From Octopus vulgaris (taxonomy: Eukaryota), in the NCBI GenBank assembly GCA_951406725.2, contig OX597819.1, positions 121,210,001 through 121,274,000 of the forward strand: DNA of 64,000 bases. Reading direction: 5' to 3'. Numbering within the stretch: the stretch's first letter is position 1; each line of letters begins with the position of its first letter. The notes beneath the pieces were generated by a model. It was not told the DNA's origin, did not search any database, and saw nothing but the letters and a program-made list of their open reading frames with translations. Shown in pieces: positions 13,423 to 25,014 of this stretch. Made by a program: the position numbers and the translations under genes.

Positions 13423-14452
13423 TCTTTTCTACGTTAGGAAAAACGCCCGAAATTTTTGGGGAGAGTGCCAGCCGATTAGATCGTCACCAGTACATAACTG
13501 GTATATAATTTACCGACACCAAATGGAAGAATCGACTTCGGTGGAATTTGAACTCAGAACGTAAAGACAGACGATATATATTTCTTTATTGCCCACAAGG
13601 GGCTAAACATAGAGGGGATAAACAAGGACAGACAAATGGATTAAGTCGATTACATCGACCTCAGTGCGTAACTGGTACTTAATTTATCGACCCCGAAAGG
13701 ATTAAAGGAAAAAGTCGGCCTCGGCGGAATTTGAACTCAGAACGTAGCGGCAGACGAAATACCTATTTCTATTTCTTTACTACCCACAGGGGGCTAAACA
13801 CAGAGGGAACAAACAAGGACAAACAAACGGATTAAGTCGATTACATCGACCCCAGTGCGTAACTGGTACTTAATTTATCGACCCCGAAAGGATTAAAGGT
13901 AAAGTCGGTCTCGGCGGAATTTGAACTCAGAACGTAGCGGCAGACGAAATACCTATTTCTTTACTACCAACGAGGGGCTAAACGCACTGAAAACAAACAA
14001 GGACAGACAAACGGATTAAATCGATTATATCGACCCTAATGCGTAACTGGTACTTAATTTATCGACCCCGAAAAGATGAAAGACAAAGTCGACCTCGGCG
14101 GAATTTGAACTCAGAACGTAGCGGCAGACGAAATACCTATTTCTATTTGTTTACTACTCACAAGGGGCTAAACACAGAGGGAACAAACAAGGACAGACAA
14201 ACGGATTAAGTCGATTACATCGACCCCAGTGCGTAACTGGTACTTAATTTATCGACCCCGAAAGGATTAAAGGTAAAGTCGATCTCGGCGGAATTTGAAC
14301 TCAGAACGTAGCGGCAGACGAAGTACCTATTTCTTTACTACCAACGAGGGGCTAAACGCACTGAAAACAAACGAGGACATTTTGAACTCAGAACGTAGCG
14401 GCAGACAAAATACGGCTACACATTTCGCCCGGTTTGCAAACGTTTCTACCAG
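13423..14452 (-). mobile_element. S2 SINE tandem array (tail-A unit plus about five tail-B units, the last deleted)
   Basis: Junctions gaaatacc|tatttc (gaagtacc in the last) at ~13764, 13954, 14138 and 14328; periods 190/184/190 bp. Confidence 0.92.
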
Positions 14453-14797
14453 CAAAATGCTTACCGGTATTTCGTCTGTATTTACGTTCTGAGGTCAATT
14501 TCCGCCGAGGTCGGGTCGATAAAATACTGGAGTCGATGAGATCTACTAGTCCCCTTCCCGCCAAATTTCGGGCCTTTTGCCTATAATAGAAAGGGCGAAA
14601 TGCTGAGCGGTATTTCGTCTGCCGCTACGTTCTGAGTTCAAATTCCGTCGAGGTCGACTTTGCCTTTCATCCTTTCGGGGTCGATTAAATAAGTACCAGT
14701 TACGTACTGTAGTCGATATAATCGACTTAATCCGTTTGTCTGTCCTTGTTTGTCCCCTCTGTGTTTAGCCTCTTGAAGGTAGTAAAGAAATAGGTAT
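14453..14797 (+). mobile_element. Two 5'-truncated S2 SINE copies (tail A, then tail B)
   Basis: aaatgcttaccggtatttcg...gcctataatagaaag, followed by ggcgaaatgctgagcggtatttcg...gtagtaaagaaata. Confidence 0.88.
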
Positions 14798-14799
14798 TC

Positions 14800-15200
14800 C
14801 TTATTCCTCCGAAATCGCTGCTACGGTGTGTAAGAACTGGTGGGAGATGGAACATGGGCCACGAGCGGAGGCGTGACTACATATTCGATTGACTCTGGGT
14901 AGAAGTGTCACGAGATTATTCAGCTGCCCAGAGCAGAAGCCCTTTTGATAGCGGTGGGTAAGGCAGAACAAAGAGAAGTTACGCCTATGGGAGAAAGACG
15001 GAAATGCATTAGTGTGCAGCCTGAAGCTAAGCAATTGGTAAAACCGGCCCTGGATAGCCAAACCAATACTTTATGTATCTTTAACATAAGTACCCGCATG
15101 CTTTTGGTTTCCATAGAAACGGCTTGGTCCTGGTTAAGATTGATGTCGACAATCAAGCCATAAAAATGTTATCAATGTGGAGAAACTCCTCCCACCATAA
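14800..15200 (+). pseudogene. Possible decayed LINE ORF1/gag-like fragment
   Basis: Higher-GC block with broken frames ending in KCYQCGET (~15164-15187), like the first half of a CX2CX4HX4C zinc knuckle. Confidence 0.35.
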
Positions 15201-15844
15201 AGATTATTTATCTCTTTGTTGGGTACTCCACCCGTTTGCCATTTGTAAACACAGCAACAACCCTACGTACGCACCTGCACGTTCACTGATAGAGATGTAG
15301 GGGACGGTCACGTGGTGGCGAGAGTGTTTGTATTCGGGGGTAGCGGTGGTGGCGATGATGGTAGTGGAGTGTGGGGGAGATAGCAATGGTGGTGGTGGAC
15401 TCTGTCAGAGATGGTGGTGGGGAAGTGTTATGGTTGGGGAGGTAGTGGCACGTGGTAGTGGTGGTAGTGGAGTGTGGTGGTGTTGGAGGGGCGAAATCGA
15501 CTGCGATGGTCGTGGTAGTGGTAGTGATGATCACGAAAGAGTATTGTGGTAGTATTGACGTTGGTGATAATGTAGTCGGTGGTAGTATTGGTGCTAGTGG
15601 TGGTGACTGACGTTGTAGCAGTTGTGGTAGTATTCCTCTGGTTTGTGTTAAATCTGATATTGGTACTACGGTGATATTAACGTTTACTCCACGTTTGCTC
15701 TAATTAACTAGGCGTATGTGTGAAAACGTTCCACCCATAACCATCCAGTCTTTTATTCATAAACTATGTATCCAAAACTAGCGTAACTAATAAAATCTTA
15801 GATATCAGCTCCTTTAAGAACCTGGATTTGGAAGTAATCATATA

Positions 15845-16320
15845 TATTTCTTTACTACTCACAATGGGCTAAACACAGAGAGGACAAGCAAGGACAGACA
15901 AAGGGATTAAGTCGATTACATCGACCCCATTGCGTAACTGGTACTTAATCTATCGACCTCGAAAGGATGAAAGTAAAGTCGACCTCGGCGGAATTTGAAC
16001 TCAGAACGTAAAGACAGACGAAATACGTAGCGGCAGACAAAATACCGCTAAGCATTTCGCCCGGCGTGCTAACGTTTCTGCCAGCTCGCCGATTTAGAAG
16101 TGTCAAATATTCTTTTCTACTCTAGGCACAAGGCCCAAAATTTTTGGAGAGGGGGCCAGTCGATTACATCGACCCCAGTACGCAACTAGTACTTAATTTA
16201 TCGACCCTGAAAAGATGAAAGGCATAGTCGACGTAGGCGGAATTTGAACTCAAAACGTAAAGACAGACGAAACACCGCTAAGCATTTCGCCCGCCGTGCT
16301 AACGTTTCTGCCAGCACGCC
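15845..16320 (-). mobile_element. Two adjacent S2 SINEs (tail B 15845-16090; tail A 16112-16320) sharing a target site
   Basis: Both end in ...tttctgccagc(t/a)cgcc. Flanks gatttagaagtgtcaaatatt (16091) and gacttagaggtgtcaaatatt (16321), with a weaker copy at 15825. Confidence 0.9.
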
Positions 16321-16607
16321 GACTTAGAGGTGTCAAATATTGACAATATTTCTGTGATGGTGACGGTTGTGGTAATTAAGGTAACAGAATGGTTGTTATG
16401 TTCGTTGTTGTTGCTTACTCCCGCTCACCACCACCAAATTAGTCATATAAAACACAAATGCTTAATATATTTCCAGCCATGATGTGTCCGTTCTTTTGGT
16501 ATGTCATATAGTGGAAGACAGTCGCCCAAGGTGCTGCGCAGTGGTACATTGAATCGAAAACCAGGTGATTGGAACGCGTGCTTCTTAACCTCAAACATAT
16601 TTGTTCC

Positions 16608-16900
16608 TTCTCAAGGCTTGCCTGGCTCATAAGGGCCGGTTTCCCGGTTTCCTTGGCGTATAGGTTCCCCACCTGGACGGGACGCCGGTCCTTCGCAGGT
16701 GAGCTGCAAGATGTAGGAGGAAAGAGTGAGAGAAAGTTGTGACGAAAGTGTCAGCAGAAATTCGCCATTGCCTTCTGCTGGAGCCGCGTGGAGCTTAGTT
16801 GTTTCGCTCACAAGCACATACATCGCCCGGTCTGAGATTCGAACCCGCGATCCCTGGACCGCGGGTCCGCTGCTCTAACCACTAGGTCAGGTGCCTCCAC
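16608..16900 (-). mobile_element. tRNA-derived SINE group S3 (body X, tail Q), inserted into a decayed S1 SINE
   Basis: Head gtggaggcacctgacctagtggttagagcagcgg...ggttcgaatctc on the minus strand. S1 remnant at ~16500-16590. Confidence 0.85.
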
Positions 16901-17779
16901 AACTTTAAACATGCCTGTGCTTAAAAATACATTGCGAACGAAAAGAAAAGAAAGGAAAAATGTGGTTTAGCATTTCATGAAATTAAAGAAAAAAAAATCG
17001 GAAATTGATGTCTGGTTTGGTGACGGATGGAACTAAGTTCGAATCTTCATTACAACAAAATTAAAACATAGAAAGAACTCAAACTCTTTTGAAATTGACA
17101 AATTTTAAAAAAAATGGTAATTAAATAAATGTTTAGTATTTTTTTAAACGTTAACCAAGCGATCATAAATTAAAAGCAGGTAAGAAACAGGATTATCTTT
17201 ACGAAGCGAGAGAGAAAGATCTGTTAGAAGATTCACTGTAATGTTTATTTTTTTTATGTTATTTAAGTTTTATATTTATATTTATATTTATTTTTAGTTT
17301 ACTTTTTTTTTTTTTAAAGATCGTGCCATTTTGATGTCGGCATCGTTTTAGTAGCAAGAAGCCTATTTACAAAGAAACAGTCAATTGAAAAATGTGTGTC
17401 TTCAGTTTCGTCGAGATAAAGACGGAGAATACCGGTAAACATATTAAGATTTATCGCCGAAGAAAAATCGCTGATCAGATAGCACCACGAACGAGATTAT
17501 TTTATTGATTCTTCAAATCACTTGAAATTTGAAGAGTTTTAATGAAAATTTTGTTAAAAATCTTAATTACTTTCTGTTTTTAATCGAAGCAAAGATGGGC
17601 GAGAATGTAATGAAGATGGCTACCAATGGAATGTGCTTGGCAGAATGGATTGCTGTATTTTGTTTCCTTCGTCTGGATTGCGTAAGTCAAATATTTAAGA
17701 TCGATTATTGTATGAAATATACAGTGGGCCCCTAAAACAGGGCGATCAGAAATTTTATACATAACCATGTGATCATATC

Positions 17780-18178
17780 TCTCTTTTCTCTTTTACTTGT
17801 TTCAGTCATTTGACTGCGGCCATGCTGGAGCACCGCCTTTAGTCGAGCAAATCGACCCCAGGACTTATACTTTGTAAGCCTAGTATTTATTCTATCGGTC
17901 TCTTTTGCCGAACCGCTAGGATACGGGGACGTAAACACACCAGCACCGGTTATCAAGCGATGTTGCGGGGACAAACAGAGACACACAAACATATACATAT
18001 ATATAAATACATATATACGACGGACTTCTTTCTGTTACCGTCTACCAAATCCACTCACAAGTCTTTGGTCGGCCCTTGGCTATAGTAGAAAACACTTGTC
18101 CAAGTTGCCACGCAGTAGGAATGAACGCAGAGAATGTGGTTGCTAAGTAAGCTACTTACTACACAGCCACTCCTGCGC
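17780..18178 (-). mobile_element. Full-length tRNA-derived SINE group S1 (CORE-like, internal TA/TG microsatellite)
   Basis: Reverse complement of the 33578-34005 copy: head gcgcaggagtggctgtg, tail tgactgaaacaagtaaaagag. Confidence 0.92.
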
Positions 18179-18199
18179 TATATATATATATATATATAT

Positions 18200-18443
18200 A
18201 GCTGCTGTTGTACATCGCTGATCACAATGCGCTTTTGCATTGTTTTAGAAATTTTAAATGATGCCGCCCCGCTGGCTAGGTGAGCAGGCCAACATTATCC
18301 ACCTCCCCGATCGAAAGGTAAATGGAGCAAAGTGGAATGAAGAGTATTGTTCAAGAACACAACGCATCGCCCAGGCAGGGAATCGAACCTACTATCTAGC
18401 GATATCGAAAGCAACAGCCTAACCAATAGGCCACACTCCTTCA
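18200..18443 (-). mobile_element. Degenerate tRNA-headed SINE
   Basis: gggaatcgaacc (reverse-complement B box), ctaaccaataggccac (reverse-complement A box) and tcaagaacacaacgcatc. Confidence 0.7.
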
Positions 18444-18486
18444 TACTGTACCAAGTATTTATTTCAGTTTCAAATATTTATTCGTA

Positions 18487-18855
18487 GACGTGGATGTCTG
18501 ATAAGGAGCTTCGTTCCGGGTTCAGTCCCACTGCGAGGCACCTTGGGCAAGTGACTTCTAGTATAGCCTCGGGCCGACCAAAGCCTTGGGCGTGTTTTTG
18601 GCAATCTGAAACTGAAAGAAGCTCGTCGTATATATATATATATGTATATATTTGTGTATCTGTGTTTGTCCTCCCACCATCGCTTGGCAACTGGTGCTGG
18701 TCTGTTTACATCCCAGTAACCTAGCGGTTCGGCAATAGTGGACGATAGAATAAGGCTTACAAAGCATAAGTCCTGGTGGTCGAAATGTTCGACTAAAGGT
18801 GGTGCTCCAGTAAGACCGCCGTCAAATGACTGAAACAAGTAAAATATTAAAAGAA
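18487..18855 (+). mobile_element. S1 SINE
   Basis: ccgggttcagtcccactgcgaggcaccttgggcaagtg ... aatgactgaaacaagtaaaa. Confidence 0.88.
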
Positions 18856-19621
18856 TACTGCCAACTTTTCATAAGCATTCTTTGGCACAACCTAAAGGTT
18901 AGTGTGTCGCACTGATGATCGCAAGATCGTAGTTTCGAATCCCGGATCGAGAAGTTACTTTCTCCTTTTGAAACAAACACTAAATTTTACGTTCATTCAG
19001 GCTATTAAACTGCGAATGAGTAACTCCGCGAAAGACAGGACAGAGAAGGAATGTGCGATATTAAGAAGAATGAGAGCCGATCACTTCGAATCCACAAAAG
19101 AAAGATAAAGAGAATTAAAAAGCATTTTGTGTGAAAAATAAAGAAAAAAAAAAAAAAAATTGGTTTATTAAAAATTAAAAAAAAATTAAATTAAATAAAG
19201 AAAAAAAAAGTTTTATATATAATATTATTTAAAAAAATTATAAATATTTTATATTTTTTATATGTTATATTTTATAAATTAAAAATATTAAATAGATGTT
19301 TTATTTTTTTAAATATAATATATACTTATTATGTAATGTTTATTTTTTGTTATGTTATATATGTGTTGTTATATTATGTATGTTTGTTATATATATATAT
19401 ATATATGTGTTTTATTTGTGTGTTATTGTGTGTTATGTATTTATATTATTTTATTATTATTATTTATAAATTTTAAATTATATCAAAATTTGAACTTTCA
19501 GTGTATAAAACACACACACAAAAAAGAACACACAAAAAAACACACACACCACCAATACACACAAAAATATAAAATATATATATGATATATATGTATGTAT
19601 ATATATATATATATGCATATA

Positions 19622-19760
<139 letters not shown>

Positions 19761-19782
19761 GTATATATACATATTCAACATG

Positions 19783-19993
19783 TGATCTCTTAAGCACCAC
19801 CAGCTCAAATATTTTCTCCTCTGTCTTCCCTCCTTGGGATCTTTCCTTCTCCTTGTTTCCGACGAAGAGCTCCGCTCGAAACGTTAAACCCTCCTTCCCT
19901 TCTTTCCTGAGCGTCAATAATACTTTAATTGTTCCATGTCCTGCGTTGCTGTGTTTTTTTTTCTTTTTTTTCTGTGTTTTCTTGTTTGGATTA

Positions 19994-19998
<5 letters not shown>
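19783..19998 (+). mobile_element. Penelope-like pLTR relic with minimal hammerhead motif, between (TA)n tracts
   Basis: gttt-CCGACGA-a-gagc(tcc)gctc-GAAA-cg-TT-aaac at 19855-19889: stems I and II paired, palindromic stem III (aacgtt). Confidence 0.7.
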
Positions 19999-20081
<83 letters not shown>

Positions 20082-20082
<1 letters not shown>

Positions 20083-20926
20083 GAGGTCTGATCCTTAAGT
20101 ATCCGGTCTGTTACCACAGTAACGAAGCTAAACCATACAGAGTAAAGCTGCTCTGCACAGACTGACCTTCAACACTGTTGTGCATGCCCCCTAATTTCTA
20201 ACGTTCTAGCTCACTTATATTGTTTACAGCAGTGCTTGGAAGGAAGGTGTGTAGCGTGTGATCGTCGCATTGACCATGACAAAGTTGTCCTGGCAACACC
20301 TGTCGATGCAAAATTGCAGACGCAAAGTAGCAGGCAGTATATAAAGAGGAGTGTATGAGCTGCACACAAGTCTACAAGTAGTTCAAATGTTTCCAAGATG
20401 GCGAACGTTCTGGGTGACCCGCAACCAGCAGAATTGTGAAAAACATCGCAGATGTGCGTGCAACCTGTGACGAAAAACCGTTGGATCACCATCCGTGAGT
20501 TATCAGAAGATATGCAAATTAGTTACGGTTCAGTTCGATCCATTATCACTGAAGATACGAGTATGAAACGTATGTCTGCCAAGTTTGCGCCAAAACTGCT
20601 TTCAGCTGACCAGGAAGACACTCGGGTTTCAGTGGCACAAAACTTCTTTGATTGTGTCGTGATCGATGAAAACTTTTTGAAAACTTTGCGTAGGCCTGTG
20701 ATATTAACTTTCCACTCAAATTTCTCTGCCATTGCCAATGCGACGATAATACGCCACACGCCTTCCTTCCAAGCACTGCTGCAAACAGCGGAAGGGAGAG
20801 AGAACGTTAACACTTAGTGCGCATGTACAGTAGAGTTTAAGGCCAATCTGCACAAAACGGCTTTACCCTGCATACTTTATTTTCGTTACTATGGCAACAG
20901 TCCGGATACTTATTGATGAGGCCACG
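20082..20926 (+). mobile_element. Non-autonomous mariner element with ~200-bp TIRs and an internal transposase fragment
   Basis: TA at both ends. 20082-20280 is the inverted complement of ~20735-20926. ORF 20452-20817 has RWITIRELSEDMQISYGSVRSII...MKRMSAKFAPKLL (HTH plus WVPHEL-type motif). Confidence 0.9.
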
Positions 20927-20964
20927 TACATTTATATATATATATTATACTTCAACAAGAATAG

Positions 20965-21020
20965 TAATAACAGTGACTTCGAAGTTTCGGCCTGCTACGC
21001 CATCATCAGGACCGATATCG
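20965..21020 (-). ncRNA. Hammerhead-ribozyme-like motif (Penelope type)
   Basis: Minus strand: cggtc-CTGATGA-t-ggc(gtagcag)gcc-GAAA-cttcgaag-TC-actg. Intact core, GUC triplet, palindromic stem III acttcgaagt; stem I needs a 1-nt bulge. Confidence 0.55.
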
Positions 21021-21381
21021 ATTTTTTCCACCAAATCCTTCAACGCATTGCCCCAGCATGGCCGCAATCCACTGACTGAAACAGGCAAAAGATATCAGAT
21101 AAATGATATACATACAATCAAATGTACATGCAAGCAACCACTGCAAAAACACTTTCAAGCTGACAGACAAAAACTTACATACATACAAAAGCCGATACAC
21201 GTCCGTCGCACTTGTAGAAGTATTGATATAGCTTTTAAAAACATTAGGAATTCCGTAATTTGTATTACGATCTAAGATAAAATATTTATTTTCGGAAAAG
21301 TAGAAAAATCCAGGAATGAATAGGAATCATAAGGTCATCGAGAAAGCTAAATGTTCCGAATATATTGAAATTCGCGCGCGC

Positions 21382-21421
<40 letters not shown>

Positions 21422-21449
21422 CACCTTAAAATATATATATATATTGAGG

Positions 21450-21760
21450 AGACCTATAGAGTCAAGTACATCAACATCAGCAATATCAAAATCAAATAAA
21501 ATGGAAATTGTAGCACGTAAAAAACACCATCCGAAAGTGGTCGATGCCAGTGCTACCTTCACTGGCTTCTGTGCCGGTGGCACGTAAAATGCACCCACTA
21601 CACTCTCGGAGTGGTTGGCGTAAGGAAGGGCATCCAACTGGAGAAAAACTGCCAGATCAGACTGGTGCCTGGTGCAGCCTTCTGGCTTCCTAGACCGCAG
21701 TCGAACTGTCCAACCCATGTCAGCATGGAAAACGGACGTTAAACGATGATGATTACGATG
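21450..21760 (+). mobile_element. 3' part of a SINE-like retroposon with (GAT)n tail
   Basis: gtgccggtggcacgtaaaatgcacccactacactctcggagtggttggcgtaaggaagggcatcc ... cggacgttaaacgatgatgat. RTE-like tail. Confidence 0.7.
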
Positions 21761-21836
<76 letters not shown>

Positions 21837-21878
21837 GTATGTGTGTGAGTGTGTGTGTACATATGGATTTGTCTATAT

Positions 21879-22100
21879 CAGAGGTTTTCAAACTTTTTGG
21901 GCCACCGCACCCTTCATAGCCACATAATACCCTCAGTGTCCCCACCCCTATTTTTATGTATAAATAAATATTCTATATTCTACTAATTTACATATGATAT
22001 GAATCATTTGATATTTAATATAATATTATCTAATTTATATACAATACAATAATAATATCATAATAAATTCATAGCGCCCCCAATCCACAGCCTTCCTCCC
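21879..22100. mobile_element. hAT-like MITE fragment
   Basis: Starts cagaggttttcaaact (hAT/Charlie-type terminus) with an AT-rich interior. The right terminus is not visible. Confidence 0.4.
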
Positions 22101-22261
22101 AACAACTCCTTTTTCTCTACCACACCAGCCCTCCCCCCCCCCACCATACCGACCCCTTATGCACCAGCGGTCACCTGGGCCATCTCAACGCCTAATGTGG
22201 CCGCAGTCCAAACACTGCGACAAGTAAATGTTAATAGATAATATATATATATATATATATG

Positions 22262-23250
<989 letters not shown>

Positions 23251-23341
23251 TATATATATATGTGTGTGTATGTATGTAAGTATGTATGTATAAGTATATA
23301 TGTATATATATACAGCGCACGCACATATAGATACACATATA

Positions 23342-23421
<80 letters not shown>

Positions 23422-23542
23422 AATATATACATCCGAATATGTGTATATATATGACTCTATATACATGTCTGTGTGGAGTGACAAATAGATTGATAAATGA
23501 TATAGATAGATAGATAGGTAGATATATAGACAGAAAGAAAAA

Positions 23543-23574
<32 letters not shown>

Positions 23575-24176
23575 AGGAAAGAGATTAGTTGTAATCGGGA
23601 GAAAAGAAAAGAAACGAATCAAATACAGAGTAAGGGAGGTCAACCAGGAGACAGACAGAGAGTCAGACGAACGTAACCTACACAAATACAGACGAACGGA
23701 ATTATCGACAGATTGAAAGATAGTGTGAGCGTGTAGAGATGCAGATAAATATAGAGGGAAAGCGAGATCACTATCCATTAAACAACGTAGATATTGTCCT
23801 GTTGTAACCTCTACACGTCTGCCGTCTTATCAAGCCAGCCGCAAACCAATTCTGCTCAAATAATTTCTTCAAAATTGATAAAAGCAAAGCATATAACCTG
23901 TTGCTGGTAATATGCCAAAAATATTTGGATGATAGGTCGAAAATAAGATCATACACAAACACACGCTTACATACATATAGGCTTACATAAACACTCGTAC
24001 ATAGACGTGTACGTACACATGCCCCCCTCATACACGCTTTTATACAGGCATGCTAACATAGACCAATGTTATCTCTCGTATATTTTCATCTCTTTCTTTC
24101 TCCCTTTTTATATCCGTGCGAGTGAATATGTGTTCATAAATATACATATTTCAGTGTATCGTATGTTTTTAAGAAA

Positions 24177-24241
<65 letters not shown>

Positions 24242-24482
24242 CATGCATGTATGTTGATATGTATGTATGCATGTACTAATGTATGTATTTAGATGGGTAG
24301 AAAGATAGACAGATAGAGATAGAGAGAGAGAAACATAGATAAAAAAGACATATATATGTATATAAGTATGTATGTATATGTTTGTGAGGGCAGGTGTGCG
24401 CGTGTGGTTTTATATATCTATTTGTGTATACACCCCTCCACACCCCACACACACATATATATATGGGTGTGTGTGTGTGTGT

Positions 24483-24730
24483 AAAGCTGCAAAGACATCG
24501 CAAAATCTGTTACTCAGAGTTTCACGTTTCCGTTCGTCGGTGGACAGTTGTTGGTTGGAAATGTATATATACCTCCTCAAGCAAAACTGTCCGACGAAGG
24601 AGAACGTGAAACTCTGAGTAACAGCTTTTGTGGTGTCTTTGCAGCTTTTATTAATAAAGCATATTACTCTACCTTCGGTATTCGAGCCCTATTTTTCCAC
24701 CTTGCTTCTTATTTGTGTGCTTACTCTGCT
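24483..24730. mobile_element. Fold-back Penelope-like relic with a hammerhead motif in each arm
   Basis: Arms 24483-24549 and 24585-24648 are inverted complements. Right arm: ctgt-CCGACGA-...-GAAA-ctctgag-TA-acag. Left arm (minus strand) keeps stem II acg(gaaa)cgt. Confidence 0.75.
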
Positions 24731-24825
24731 ATATATATATACATGTTTATATGCATGTGTATGTATGTGTATATATATATACATATACATATATATACAC
24801 ATATATGTGTGCGCGTGCATGTATG

Positions 24826-24910
<85 letters not shown>

Positions 24911-25014
24911 CATGAAGGGATAGTTTCATCCAAGGAAATACTGGTTCAATACCTAGTATTCTGGGGGAATGAATTTCCTTAAAATAATAGGTACATATAA
25001 AAACATGGTTTATA

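Noticed and set aside
17595-17687. Possible first coding exon MGENVMKM...RLDC|gtaagt
   Set aside because: Plausible donor, but no recognisable homology or downstream partner exon; expected by chance in 64 kb.
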